Origin: Blastocatellia bacterium
GTDB lineage: Bacteria; Acidobacteriota; Blastocatellia; UBA7656
Length of the DNA stretch: 64,000 nucleotides
Direction of reading: 5' to 3'
Assembly (NCBI GenBank): GCA_963765495.1
Contig: CAVXWP010000002.1
Span: 96,001 to 160,000 of the forward strand
Under the pieces are notes generated by a model, which worked only from the letters and a program-made list of their open reading frames with translations, ran no database searches and had not been told where the DNA came from. Positions 8,011-15,859 of this stretch are shown piece by piece (within the stretch, counting starts at the first letter, position 1; each line of letters begins with the position of its first letter). A program made the translations under genes and the position numbers.

Positions 8011-8162
8011 TTAATTGAGACGTGGTCATAAATTAAAACCTTTACATCTAGCAGTTAGAGGGTCTGACAAGACCGGCCGCAAGCTGTGCTAAATTATGTT
8101 ACATCTGTAAATGTTGCATCTGGGCCTTAACTGTTTCTGAATTATGACCACGCCTCAATTAA
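8011..8162. mobile_element. MITE-like element with 21-bp terminal inverted repeats
   Basis: TTAATTGAGACGTGGTCATAA (8011-8031) and TTATGACCACGCCTCAATTAA (8142-8162), 1 mismatch, non-coding interior. Confidence 0.7.
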
Positions 8163-8247
8163 TTCCTGTTTTGCCTGGATCACTCATTTTTCTCCTTAAT
8201 CGTTCGATTTCTTCCCATTCGGGGGGTGCTTTGGAAGTGACTTGAAA

Positions 8248-8883
8248 CTACTTAACCTGCTCATATGTTCCCTCCATGAAAAACTTGTTCTGATCTAATG
8301 CGCTTTTGGTAGTGTAAAAGTCCACAGTCACAGAATCCTCATTAAATACCATCTTGATATAGCGACATCTGTCACCATCAAAGTTTGGAGCAGACAACAG
8401 ACGAATGATGGTTCCGTCCTCATCCTCCGAAATAGTTTCGTATGCAGAACTTTGCCCGCTTCGCCAAGTGATCTTTTTTGAATTTCGATTTTCATACATC
8501 GTCATCCTCCCAAAACTCATATTAGAAGTACTGACCGGCTCCCACCGCGTAACTGAATCCTGAAAGATAGCGCAAAGGTGTGAATAACCAGTCCCGTTAA
8601 ACTGATTTATCGCCGCCTCACCTTCCTCGCGGCTCGCCATCACAACAAAACCGAAACCTCTCGACCTTCCGGTTTCCTTATCCTCACCGACTTCCGCACT
8701 CTCGACAGGGCCAGACTGTGAAAAAAGTTCACGCAACTCTTCGCTGCTAGTTTGAAAACTTAGATTGCCCACATATACCTTCATCTGCTCGGCTATCGGG
8801 TTTTGAGCTTCGGCAAAATTCGATAGACAAGCAATTGCAGTGATGACAAATACAGTTGACCATATTCTTTTGAACATAATCAT
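8248..8883 (-). CDS. Signal peptide + RRM (RNA recognition motif) + unknown C-terminal domain
   Basis: MIMFKRIWSTVFVITAIACLSNFAEA/Q; RNP2 VYVGNL; RNP1 RGFGFVVM; AGGAGA RBS before ATG 8883. Confidence 0.75.
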   Translation of the reverse strand: MIMFKRIWSTVFVITAIACLSNFAEAQNPIAEQMKVYVGNLSFQTSSEELRELFSQSGPVESAEVGEDKETGRSRGFGFVVMASREEGEAAINQFNGTGYSHLCAIFQDSVTRWEPVSTSNMSFGRMTMYENRNSKKITWRSGQSSAYETISEDEDGTIIRLLSAPNFDGDRCRYIKMVFNEDSVTVDFYTTKSALDQNKFFMEGTYEQVK

Positions 8884-8896
8884 AATTTCTCCTCGA

Positions 8897-9661
8897 CTAT
8901 TTTTTGTAATTCTCCGACACAAACTGATTAAAGAATTTATTCAGGTTTTCCGGTTCCAAGAGCGCAAAACCGTCGGCATTGGAATTCTTAGACCTGACTG
9001 CATTCTCTTTCTGCTGCTCATACGCCTCAGCTTCGTCTATGTAAGCGGTCATGAATTTTTTTCCGAGCGCGGTTGCCGTAAATTTATCGTGTTCTGCTTT
9101 GTCTTCCGGTGTGAAGTCCAAAGTGCCGCCATTTCCGGTGATGAGTTCTGCCATCTTTGAAATCCTGACGTATTTTAGAACCTGCTGACCGGCGGTTCCC
9201 TGAAAAAAGGTGATCAGGCTGTTTAGTTCTTTGACCGTAAATTTCGCGGTATAACTTTTCTGCAAGCCTTCTTTGATCCATTGCTCGGTCGGAAAGTTCT
9301 TTCTGATTGTATCGTCAATGATCTTGTCAATGCTTTTGCTCAACCGGTCATAATTGGCTTTGACAAACGATTTTTGACCGGGCGTTAATTTGTTATTGAC
9401 CTTCAGCGCCTCATCAAAAACTTCTATTCTGACTTTTCTCACTCTTTCTTCCTCATCTTTGACGTCTTTGGTTCCCGGCAGCGAAGCAATTTGCTCTTCA
9501 ATGCCGACGTAGGGATGCATCGAAAAAGTTAAATCGATCAGGTTTTTTACCGACGCGCCTTTTGCTGGTGCGCCTTTCGGTGTTTGAGCTTCGGCAAAAG
9601 GCGCGTCGCCCGCGACCAGCACGATAAGCGAGATGATTACGATAAGCCCTATTTTCTTCAT
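8897..9661 (-). CDS. Exported helical protein (DUF2059-like)
   Basis: Signal peptide MKKIGLIVIISLIVLVAG...FAEA/Q; YTAKFTVKELNSLITFFQGTAGQQ resembles the DUF2059 core. Confidence 0.65.
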   Translation of the reverse strand: MKKIGLIVIISLIVLVAGDAPFAEAQTPKGAPAKGASVKNLIDLTFSMHPYVGIEEQIASLPGTKDVKDEEERVRKVRIEVFDEALKVNNKLTPGQKSFVKANYDRLSKSIDKIIDDTIRKNFPTEQWIKEGLQKSYTAKFTVKELNSLITFFQGTAGQQVLKYVRISKMAELITGNGGTLDFTPEDKAEHDKFTATALGKKFMTAYIDEAEAYEQQKENAVRSKNSNADGFALLEPENLNKFFNQFVSENYKK

Positions 9662-9943
9662 GGTTTCTTTGTCTCCCTTTTCCTGAGGGGGTTGCTCCAA
9701 ATCTGCTTGATTGATGGCCCGATCCGCCAAGGCTTGTTTGTTGCAGTCCGTATCTAACTCTATGAAAGCAACGTCCAGTAGTTGATGAGTTTCAAGGCTG
9801 CCTCAACTCCTGTCGAGTGCTCTCAGTAGATAAGGGGGAATTGGTGGGCGAAAGTGTTCACGCCACGAGAAAACTCAGGGGAAAATCGTTCTGGCTTAGC
9901 CTGCCCGGATGTGCCCCCGGATCGGACCTGTCCCGCGGCAAGC

Positions 9944-10271
9944 GTTAGGCTCTCCTCATCATCGCTCAAGCCACCAGTGAGTGTTTCTGCCTGTAGCCGA
10001 TCAGGCTCTGATACCCAAGTGCCTGATGCGGCCTTGCCTCGTTATACCACCTGATCCACTCGCGCACCTTCTCGCTGGCTGCTGCGAAACTCTCGAAGTT
10101 ATGCTGCCACACGCATTCTTCCTTCAAGCGCGGAAGAATCGCTCGATCAAGCCATTCTGCTCCGGTGAGTAGGGCGTGATGTACTCCTTCTCATTTTTCA
10201 TAGCCTACCTCCTGAGAAAGCATTCTCTGATATGTCTTATTAGTGGTCTACTTCTTAAGGAGAGCACGATA
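9944..10271 (-). mobile_element. Internally deleted IS3-family remnant
   Basis: Minus strand 10201-9966: MKNEKEYITPYSPEQNGLIERFFR, frameshift, LKEECVWQHNF...WIRWYNEARPHQALGY (IS3 OrfB C-terminus); degenerate ends share AGGAGAGC. Confidence 0.75.
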
Positions 10272-10467
10272 CTTTCTTACTAAGCAAAATAACTATGCCG
10301 CCGAGTAGCAGAATGCGAAACAGGTGAATTTCCTAGTGTTTGTGTCCCAATCTCAGACCCTTTTCTGCCTCTTATGCTTAGTTCGGCAAATCCTCACCCG
10401 AAAAACTGTTCTGTCCAACTGCATCTCTACACAAGATTGGGAATCGCCAAACAGAAGAGATGCTTGA

Positions 10468-10773
10468 ATGGAACAAGAAAAACGTGATATAAGAGGCTCA
10501 ACCCGACCCCAGGCGGGTTTATCTCATCTCGGAGATAACCCGATGCCTAAAATTCCACGCTCTGGCTTTCTGCCTTTCCTGAAAGATGACCTGGCGAATG
10601 GCTACGTCAAGGTAATGGCTCCAAAGATCGGCCAGGTTTACGCAAAGTTGCAAACTATCTCCGGGTCGAGGCGAGTAGAACTACTCGGTTGGGGCTTACA
10701 ACCTTCGGCTGCCTACCAATTGGAGTGCTACTCGAATGAAGATCAGCAGAAACTATTGAATACTCTTTCTTGA
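10468..10773 (+). CDS. Hypothetical protein upstream of the integrase
   Basis: 101 aa ORF with no recognisable motif. Confidence 0.3.
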   Translation: MEQEKRDIRGSTRPQAGLSHLGDNPMPKIPRSGFLPFLKDDLANGYVKVMAPKIGQVYAKLQTISGSRRVELLGWGLQPSAAYQLECYSNEDQQKLLNTLS

Positions 10774-10845
10774 GTCGTATCCGAGTGGCAGTTAAAATGA
10801 CCACGCCCAAGCTGTGGCTGCGGCTCGGGAAAGGAACAGCCAACT

Positions 10846-12006
10846 ATGTCAGTGTACAAACGTACCTGGAAACAGAAAGACGGAAGCACCGCTTTTTGTT
10901 GGTACTTCCACAGAACCATTGATGGTGTGCGCTATCGTGATCGAATCCCAACGGCGCGCACCAAGCGCGAGGCTGATGAAGCAGAGCGCAAAATTCTAGC
11001 TCAAATACACGAAGGGACTTACGGCAAGCCCAAAGGCAACACAACGCTTAGGGAGTTTGTCGAAGGAACCTTTATCCCATGGTCAAAAGAAAACAAGAAG
11101 TCCTGGCGTTCGGACCTCTCGCGTCTCAAGCCGATCCTCGCCTACTTCGGCAAGAAGCGATTGAGGGAGATTTGCGAAAACCCGTTCCTAGTTGAAACCT
11201 TCAAGTCAAAGCGCCTCAAGGCACCGGTTGTTTACAAGACGAAGAATGGTCAGGGAAAACAAAAAAACAGATCGAAAGCGGCCGTCAATCGCGAACTCCA
11301 GTTGCTCTCTCGAATCTTCACCCTGGCGATGAGTAGAAAGGAAGTCTCTACAAATCCTGTTAGCCAGGTTGAGTTATTCAAAGGAGAGAAAAGAAGAAAG
11401 CGAAGGCTTGGACCGGATGAACGGTTGAGGCTATTCGAAGCAATCCCCGGCAAGCTTTCTCAGGCCAGGCGGTCGCATCTTATACCCATTGTGCTGCTTG
11501 CTCTCAACTGCGGACTTCGGCGCACCGAGCTACTTTCTCTGAAAACCGAAGACATAGATTTTGAGCAGAACATTATCAACGTCAGAGACACCAAGAACGG
11601 AGAGGATCGAGAGGTAGAGATGAACGCCACGGCAAAGGGAGTTTGTCTCGACCTCGTAGCGCAGGCGCGCGCCAAAGGGTGGATATACATCTTCACGAAC
11701 CCGAAGACAGGAATTCGATACAAAGACATCAAGAAGGGATTCGGCAATGCGCTTCGAGATGCAGGTATCGAGGATTTCCGCTTTCACGATCTGCGCCATA
11801 CATTTGCATCAACAGCAGGCGACGATCCAAGGGTGCCGATCACGGCCCTTGCCGAGACTCTGGGGCACAAAGATTGGCGCACAACGATGCAGTACACCCA
11901 CGCAAGTAAGAGCGGAAAACTGAGGGTTGTTGAAGCCCAGGAAAGGACCGAAGATGAGAGAGCAGGTCACAAAATGGTCACAAAGAACGAAAGGCAGGCT
12001 GTATAG
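10846..12006 (+). CDS. int: Phage integrase (tyrosine recombinase)
   Basis: N-terminal arm-binding region, SAM-like core, CGLRRTEL, DTKNG, FHDLRHT, LGHKDWRTTMQY; abuts the tRNA. Confidence 0.95.
   Translation: MSVYKRTWKQKDGSTAFCWYFHRTIDGVRYRDRIPTARTKREADEAERKILAQIHEGTYGKPKGNTTLREFVEGTFIPWSKENKKSWRSDLSRLKPILAYFGKKRLREICENPFLVETFKSKRLKAPVVYKTKNGQGKQKNRSKAAVNRELQLLSRIFTLAMSRKEVSTNPVSQVELFKGEKRRKRRLGPDERLRLFEAIPGKLSQARRSHLIPIVLLALNCGLRRTELLSLKTEDIDFEQNIINVRDTKNGEDREVEMNATAKGVCLDLVAQARAKGWIYIFTNPKTGIRYKDIKKGFGNALRDAGIEDFRFHDLRHTFASTAGDDPRVPITALAETLGHKDWRTTMQYTHASKSGKLRVVEAQERTEDERAGHKMVTKNERQAV
11965..11984 (+). repeat. Tandem GGTCACAAA repeats, candidate integrase arm-type sites
   Basis: GGTCACAAA at 11965-11973 and 11976-11984, near the att/tRNA junction. 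Confidence 0.5.
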
Positions 12007-12015
12007 CCTGCCTTT
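11990..12015. terminator. Hairpin between convergent int and tRNA
   Basis: AAAGGCAGGCT-GTAT-AGCCTGCCTTT perfect inverted repeat. Confidence 0.65.
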
Positions 12016-12031
12016 AAGTCGTTCTAAATAT

Positions 12032-12108
<77 letters not shown>

Positions 12109-12132
12109 TTAAAGACTCTCAAACAAAAATGT

Positions 12133-12162
12133 AGTATAGCCATCCCTGAAACGGGGTGTCAA
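12133..12162 (-). promoter_or_regulatory. Sigma70-type promoter of the tRNA
   Basis: Minus strand TTGACA-N18-TATACT just upstream of the tRNA. Confidence 0.75.
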
Positions 12163-12170
12163 GGGTCCGA

Positions 12171-13835
12171 AGCCAGCGATTCCCGGTGAGGCTGTAAATG
12201 AAGAAAACAAGCCAAGAGGTGGATTGAGTTTTTGCGCTTTGCTATCCTTTGGCCTATGCGACCTCTTAAGAGCCTTACTTTGGATGCTGTTATTTCCCGT
12301 TTCTCTGATGCTTTCTCTGCCTTTCCTGATATCAGAGATGCCGGTAAAGTCAACTACCCGCTTCGCGACTGTCTGATGAGCGGGTTTGCGATGATGTTTT
12401 TCCAACATAAGAGCCTGCTTGAGTTTCAGCGCAGGATGAAGCAAAGGCGCGGACGGTGTAATCTTGAGACTATCTTCTGTGTCAAAGATATTCCTTCTGA
12501 CTCTCAGATGAGAGAGGTCCTCGACACTGCTCCTACGGAAGAATTACGTCGGCTTTTGCCAAGGCTGTTTGAGGATGTCAGACGAGCGGGTTGGGCAATC
12601 GATTTTAAGACCTTCATCCCTACAGGCCAAGATAAGGGTGACTACTACACGCTTATGCTTGATGGAACCGAGTACTTTCATTCTACAAACATAGAGTGCT
12701 CCTCGTGTTTGAGAAGAAGTGATAAGAGTGGCCAAACCCACTACTCGCACTGCGTAGTGGCAGCGTCTTTGCTACGGGCTTCATCACACAGAGTTCTTCC
12801 ACTCGATGTAGAAGAGGTTCAAAACACTGACGGGCAACAAAAACAAGACTGCGAGTTGAATGCCGGTAAGCGACTCATAGAGCGGTTGCGTCGTGAGCAC
12901 CCACAGATGGAGATGATCGTTGGAGGCGACGATCTTTATTCACACGAGCCTTTTGTAGAACTACTTCAAAGCAAGCGAATGCATTACGTGTTGGTGGCAA
13001 AACCTGATTCTCACAGAGAACTCTTTGAATGGGTAGAAGAGTTGAGTTGCCTGCCGGAGTGTGAGCAAGGCGAGTGGGAAGAAGGGCCAGCCTGCAAGCG
13101 GAGATATTTTGAATATAGAATTGTGCGAAGCGTGCCCTTGTCATCAGCGCGCAAGGTGATGGTGACGTTCGTAGAAGTGTGGGAGAGAGACAGGCAAGGA
13201 AAATTACTTTACCACAACTCTTGGATAACAGACCTGGAAGTAGAGATTGAGAACCTGTCGGTGATAGTAGCGATAGGACGGTCGAGATGGAAGATAGAAA
13301 ATGAGCACTTCAACGTGGCAAAGAATCACGGTTATGAGATGGAGCATAACTTTGGGCATGGGAAGAAGAATCTATCTATGGTCTTTTACTTGTTGAACCT
13401 GCTGGCATTTGTAGTGCACAAGATAGTAGAGAAGGGAGACCATCTGTATCAGAAATGTCGAGCGATGGAGACGCTCAAAGAGCTATGGAATGGGTTGAGG
13501 ACCATCATGAAGACGTTTCAAGTGGAGAGTTGGAAAGAAATGCTTATGATGTATATAGGAGAAGAAGAAGGCGATCCGTGAGCAGGAAAGATTCAGGCCG
13601 GTGTCAAAGAGAAACGGTCAGGAAAGCAAAAAAGAGAAAATAGAAAAGAGAAGGAGGGGAGGCAAAGAAAGACAGAACGAGAAGAAGGGAAAGCAAGATG
13701 GTGGAAAGGAGAAGTTGTATCCAAGTAGTCAGTATCTCCGCTTGCAACCCTAAGAGGACTCTTCATTTAGACTTATTATGCAAAATATCAAGGAAAGAGG
13801 TGTCTTTTGCCTTCAGGTCATCTCAACAGATGGCT
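12171..13835 (+). mobile_element. Insertion sequence (ISNCY/IS4-like), tentative ends
   Basis: Contains the transposase; flanked by TCCGA direct repeats (12166-12170, 13836-13840) with short AGCCA/TGGCT ends. Confidence 0.5.
12256..13581 (+). CDS. DDE transposase
   Basis: LDGTEYF, KQDCELNAGKR, GDDLYS, GRSRWKIENEHFNVAKNHGYEMEHNFGHG. Confidence 0.9.
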   Translation: MRPLKSLTLDAVISRFSDAFSAFPDIRDAGKVNYPLRDCLMSGFAMMFFQHKSLLEFQRRMKQRRGRCNLETIFCVKDIPSDSQMREVLDTAPTEELRRLLPRLFEDVRRAGWAIDFKTFIPTGQDKGDYYTLMLDGTEYFHSTNIECSSCLRRSDKSGQTHYSHCVVAASLLRASSHRVLPLDVEEVQNTDGQQKQDCELNAGKRLIERLRREHPQMEMIVGGDDLYSHEPFVELLQSKRMHYVLVAKPDSHRELFEWVEELSCLPECEQGEWEEGPACKRRYFEYRIVRSVPLSSARKVMVTFVEVWERDRQGKLLYHNSWITDLEVEIENLSVIVAIGRSRWKIENEHFNVAKNHGYEMEHNFGHGKKNLSMVFYLLNLLAFVVHKIVEKGDHLYQKCRAMETLKELWNGLRTIMKTFQVESWKEMLMMYIGEEEGDP

Positions 13836-13865
13836 TCCGAAGGGGTTCGATAAGAAGATTTATCA

Positions 13866-14381
13866 CTACTTCTTCCTAAGCAATTCTGTTGTGTGGTCGG
13901 TAATGCTTGAAGCAGGTATTTCAAATGCCTCTCCAGTATCGAAACCTCTTGCCTCTTTACTCTCCAATGGAATCGCTTCAACCCCCTTTATCTTTTTATT
14001 GTTCCTGGCTTGCCTTAATTGTCTGAACCCCGTACTTTCATTTGTATCGGAATGACTTTCGCCAAAGAGTGCGAAATATAAAATCCAAAAGATGCCTCCG
14101 AGAAAAAGAGTCAGTGGGACAAGCAGGGGAGCCGGAGTATCTACGCCTATTGAGAGGGCGAGAAAAACAGGAGATGCGACAATGCTCGCAAATATCATCT
14201 TAGCTCCCCGGCGAATACTTGGCCTTTGAAGAAGAGGCTTATCATTTATTTTCACATTGTTTCCTGGAGAGGAAAGACCATTATTGGAAAGCATGGCAGC
14301 CAGGCCATCAAGCTGGAATCCGCACCGGGAACAGAATCGCGCTTGATCGACAATTGCCAGTCCGCATTTTGGACAATACAT
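13866..14381 (-). CDS. Zinc-ribbon domain membrane protein
   Basis: MYCPKCG...FCSRCG, two hydrophobic segments, C-terminal SITDHTTELL. Confidence 0.8.
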   Translation of the reverse strand: MYCPKCGLAIVDQARFCSRCGFQLDGLAAMLSNNGLSSPGNNVKINDKPLLQRPSIRRGAKMIFASIVASPVFLALSIGVDTPAPLLVPLTLFLGGIFWILYFALFGESHSDTNESTGFRQLRQARNNKKIKGVEAIPLESKEARGFDTGEAFEIPASSITDHTTELLRKK

Positions 14382-14652
14382 ATAACCTCGCATCAAACCT
14401 AGAGATGAAATTTCAAGAAACCTACGAGACGAACGATCACAAAGTTTCAATAACAGAGGTTGCGCGCGCCGGGTAAACACTTTGCCAATAGGTATGATTG
14501 GCCGCTCTTTGAGGAGTTTTGAAGCGATATCAAGATGCTCAACGGCTAAGAATGCCGGCGTTCTGTCCTGAGGAGTTTCTTGACCTCCAGTGCCTCCTGA
14601 TTTTATTGAGCCGGTGGGAAGCGCCTCCGTTCCAAGGGAGTCAGTTCTGGTC

Positions 14653-15060
14653 TCAACTGATTCTTTCCCAAACTATTCTCCGTGTCGAGCCGGGCTTCAG
14701 AATCAATTGCTTTCCTGAGAACTCATATTCCCGCTTTAACTCTTTTCCTATACTGCTTGCCCAAAGGTGCCCCTTGACATAGTGAGTGATGATTCCCTGC
14801 ACTTCATCTATTTCATACGTACCCCAGAAGGCAGTAAACCCCTCGATAGATTCCTTCAGCCTGCCGTCGCTCATCCCTGTCGACTCTGTTGAAGACAGAG
14901 CCGGGCGATCAGGCTTCATGATCTGAACCGCCATGTTGCCTGACGAATCATAAATAAGCAGACCGACAGGATTCCGCCCATACGGATAGGAGAGGTGGCC
15001 GTCGGGAAGATCTTCTTCAAAGGAGATGAGCCTCCAGGTTCCGACAAATCTATTCATCAC
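14653..15060 (-). CDS. Lipocalin-like domain protein
   Basis: FVGTWRLISF...PYGRNPVGLLIYD...AFWGTYEID...WERI. Confidence 0.85.
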   Translation of the reverse strand: MMNRFVGTWRLISFEEDLPDGHLSYPYGRNPVGLLIYDSSGNMAVQIMKPDRPALSSTESTGMSDGRLKESIEGFTAFWGTYEIDEVQGIITHYVKGHLWASSIGKELKREYEFSGKQLILKPGSTRRIVWERIS

Positions 15061-15127
15061 TCTACCGCCATTCCGCTCTCAACGCCCGATTACTTTATAC
15101 AACTCTATCGTGACCTCTGCGACCATT

Positions 15128-15610
15128 TTACAAACAGACCACCCTTCGGTCACTTGCGCCATAGAATCTCAGATATGGCCCGGCAACACCCGTTTGCATC
15201 ATCAAGTCGATACTCTCTACAAAGGCAGCTTTCTTGTTTGATTCGTAGCGGGCTACCCATTGGGTGTCGGTTGTGAAACCTCCCGATATGCTCACCCTTG
15301 AAAGCTCAAGCAGAGGCAGGTAATCCTGAGCAACAGGCAATATCTTTGCTTCCACTTCACGGGCAAATATATCAGATACCTCGCTAAAGGGTATGGGTTG
15401 TGAATTGTTGGCAAGCCATCCGGGTAGCTCCTGTTCGGCGCGCGCCTCTGACATGAAGTTGACGGTATGGATTCCTTTTTTCCATCCAAAGTATGTAACC
15501 GTCAGAAGATGCCAACGAGCGTGGCGAAAGACAAGGGCAAAATCCCCGTCGAGCAGGACGGTATCAGATGTCTTAAGGTTGGTTATATACAAAGTGTGTT
15601 CTTCATTCAT
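15128..15610 (-). CDS. Hypothetical protein
   Basis: C-terminal 160 aa of the 297-aa ORF (from MNEEHT); the upstream part overlaps the GH127 start and is likely spurious. Confidence 0.45.
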   Translation of the reverse strand: MNEEHTLYITNLKTSDTVLLDGDFALVFRHARWHLLTVTYFGWKKGIHTVNFMSEARAEQELPGWLANNSQPIPFSEVSDIFAREVEAKILPVAQDYLPLLELSRVSISGGFTTDTQWVARYESNKKAAFVESIDLMMQTGVAGPYLRFYGASDRRVVCL

Positions 15611-15859
15611 AATCACGATCAGATCTGTGTGCCTCGATCTTATGGAAGGTATAATCCGCTTGCAAAAAAAGAGTATGAGTGAGTCAGGAATATACGGGCG
15701 AAGGACATACAAAATCAAGCAAACAATAGCCGGTGGTTGAAAGGTAAATGGAATAGCCTGGCAGTCTTCGCCTCTTCCGTTCAAATCATGTATGATGGTT
15801 CGGACAATTCGCCATTGAATCATCAATATATCAATTGTAGCAGGGAGGGTTTGGTATAA

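Larger units (their letters stand above)
1..12031. mobile_element. Right arm of a prophage-like integrative element inserted at tRNA-fMet (left end outside the window)
   Basis: Terminase genes, many small phage-like ORFs, an excisionase-like HTH gene and a tyrosine integrase ending 25 bp from the tRNA 3' end. Confidence 0.85.

Noticed and set aside
13600-13712. Purine-rich tract as a separate ncRNA or gene
   Set aside because: Low complexity, no evident structure, and inside the presumed IS boundaries
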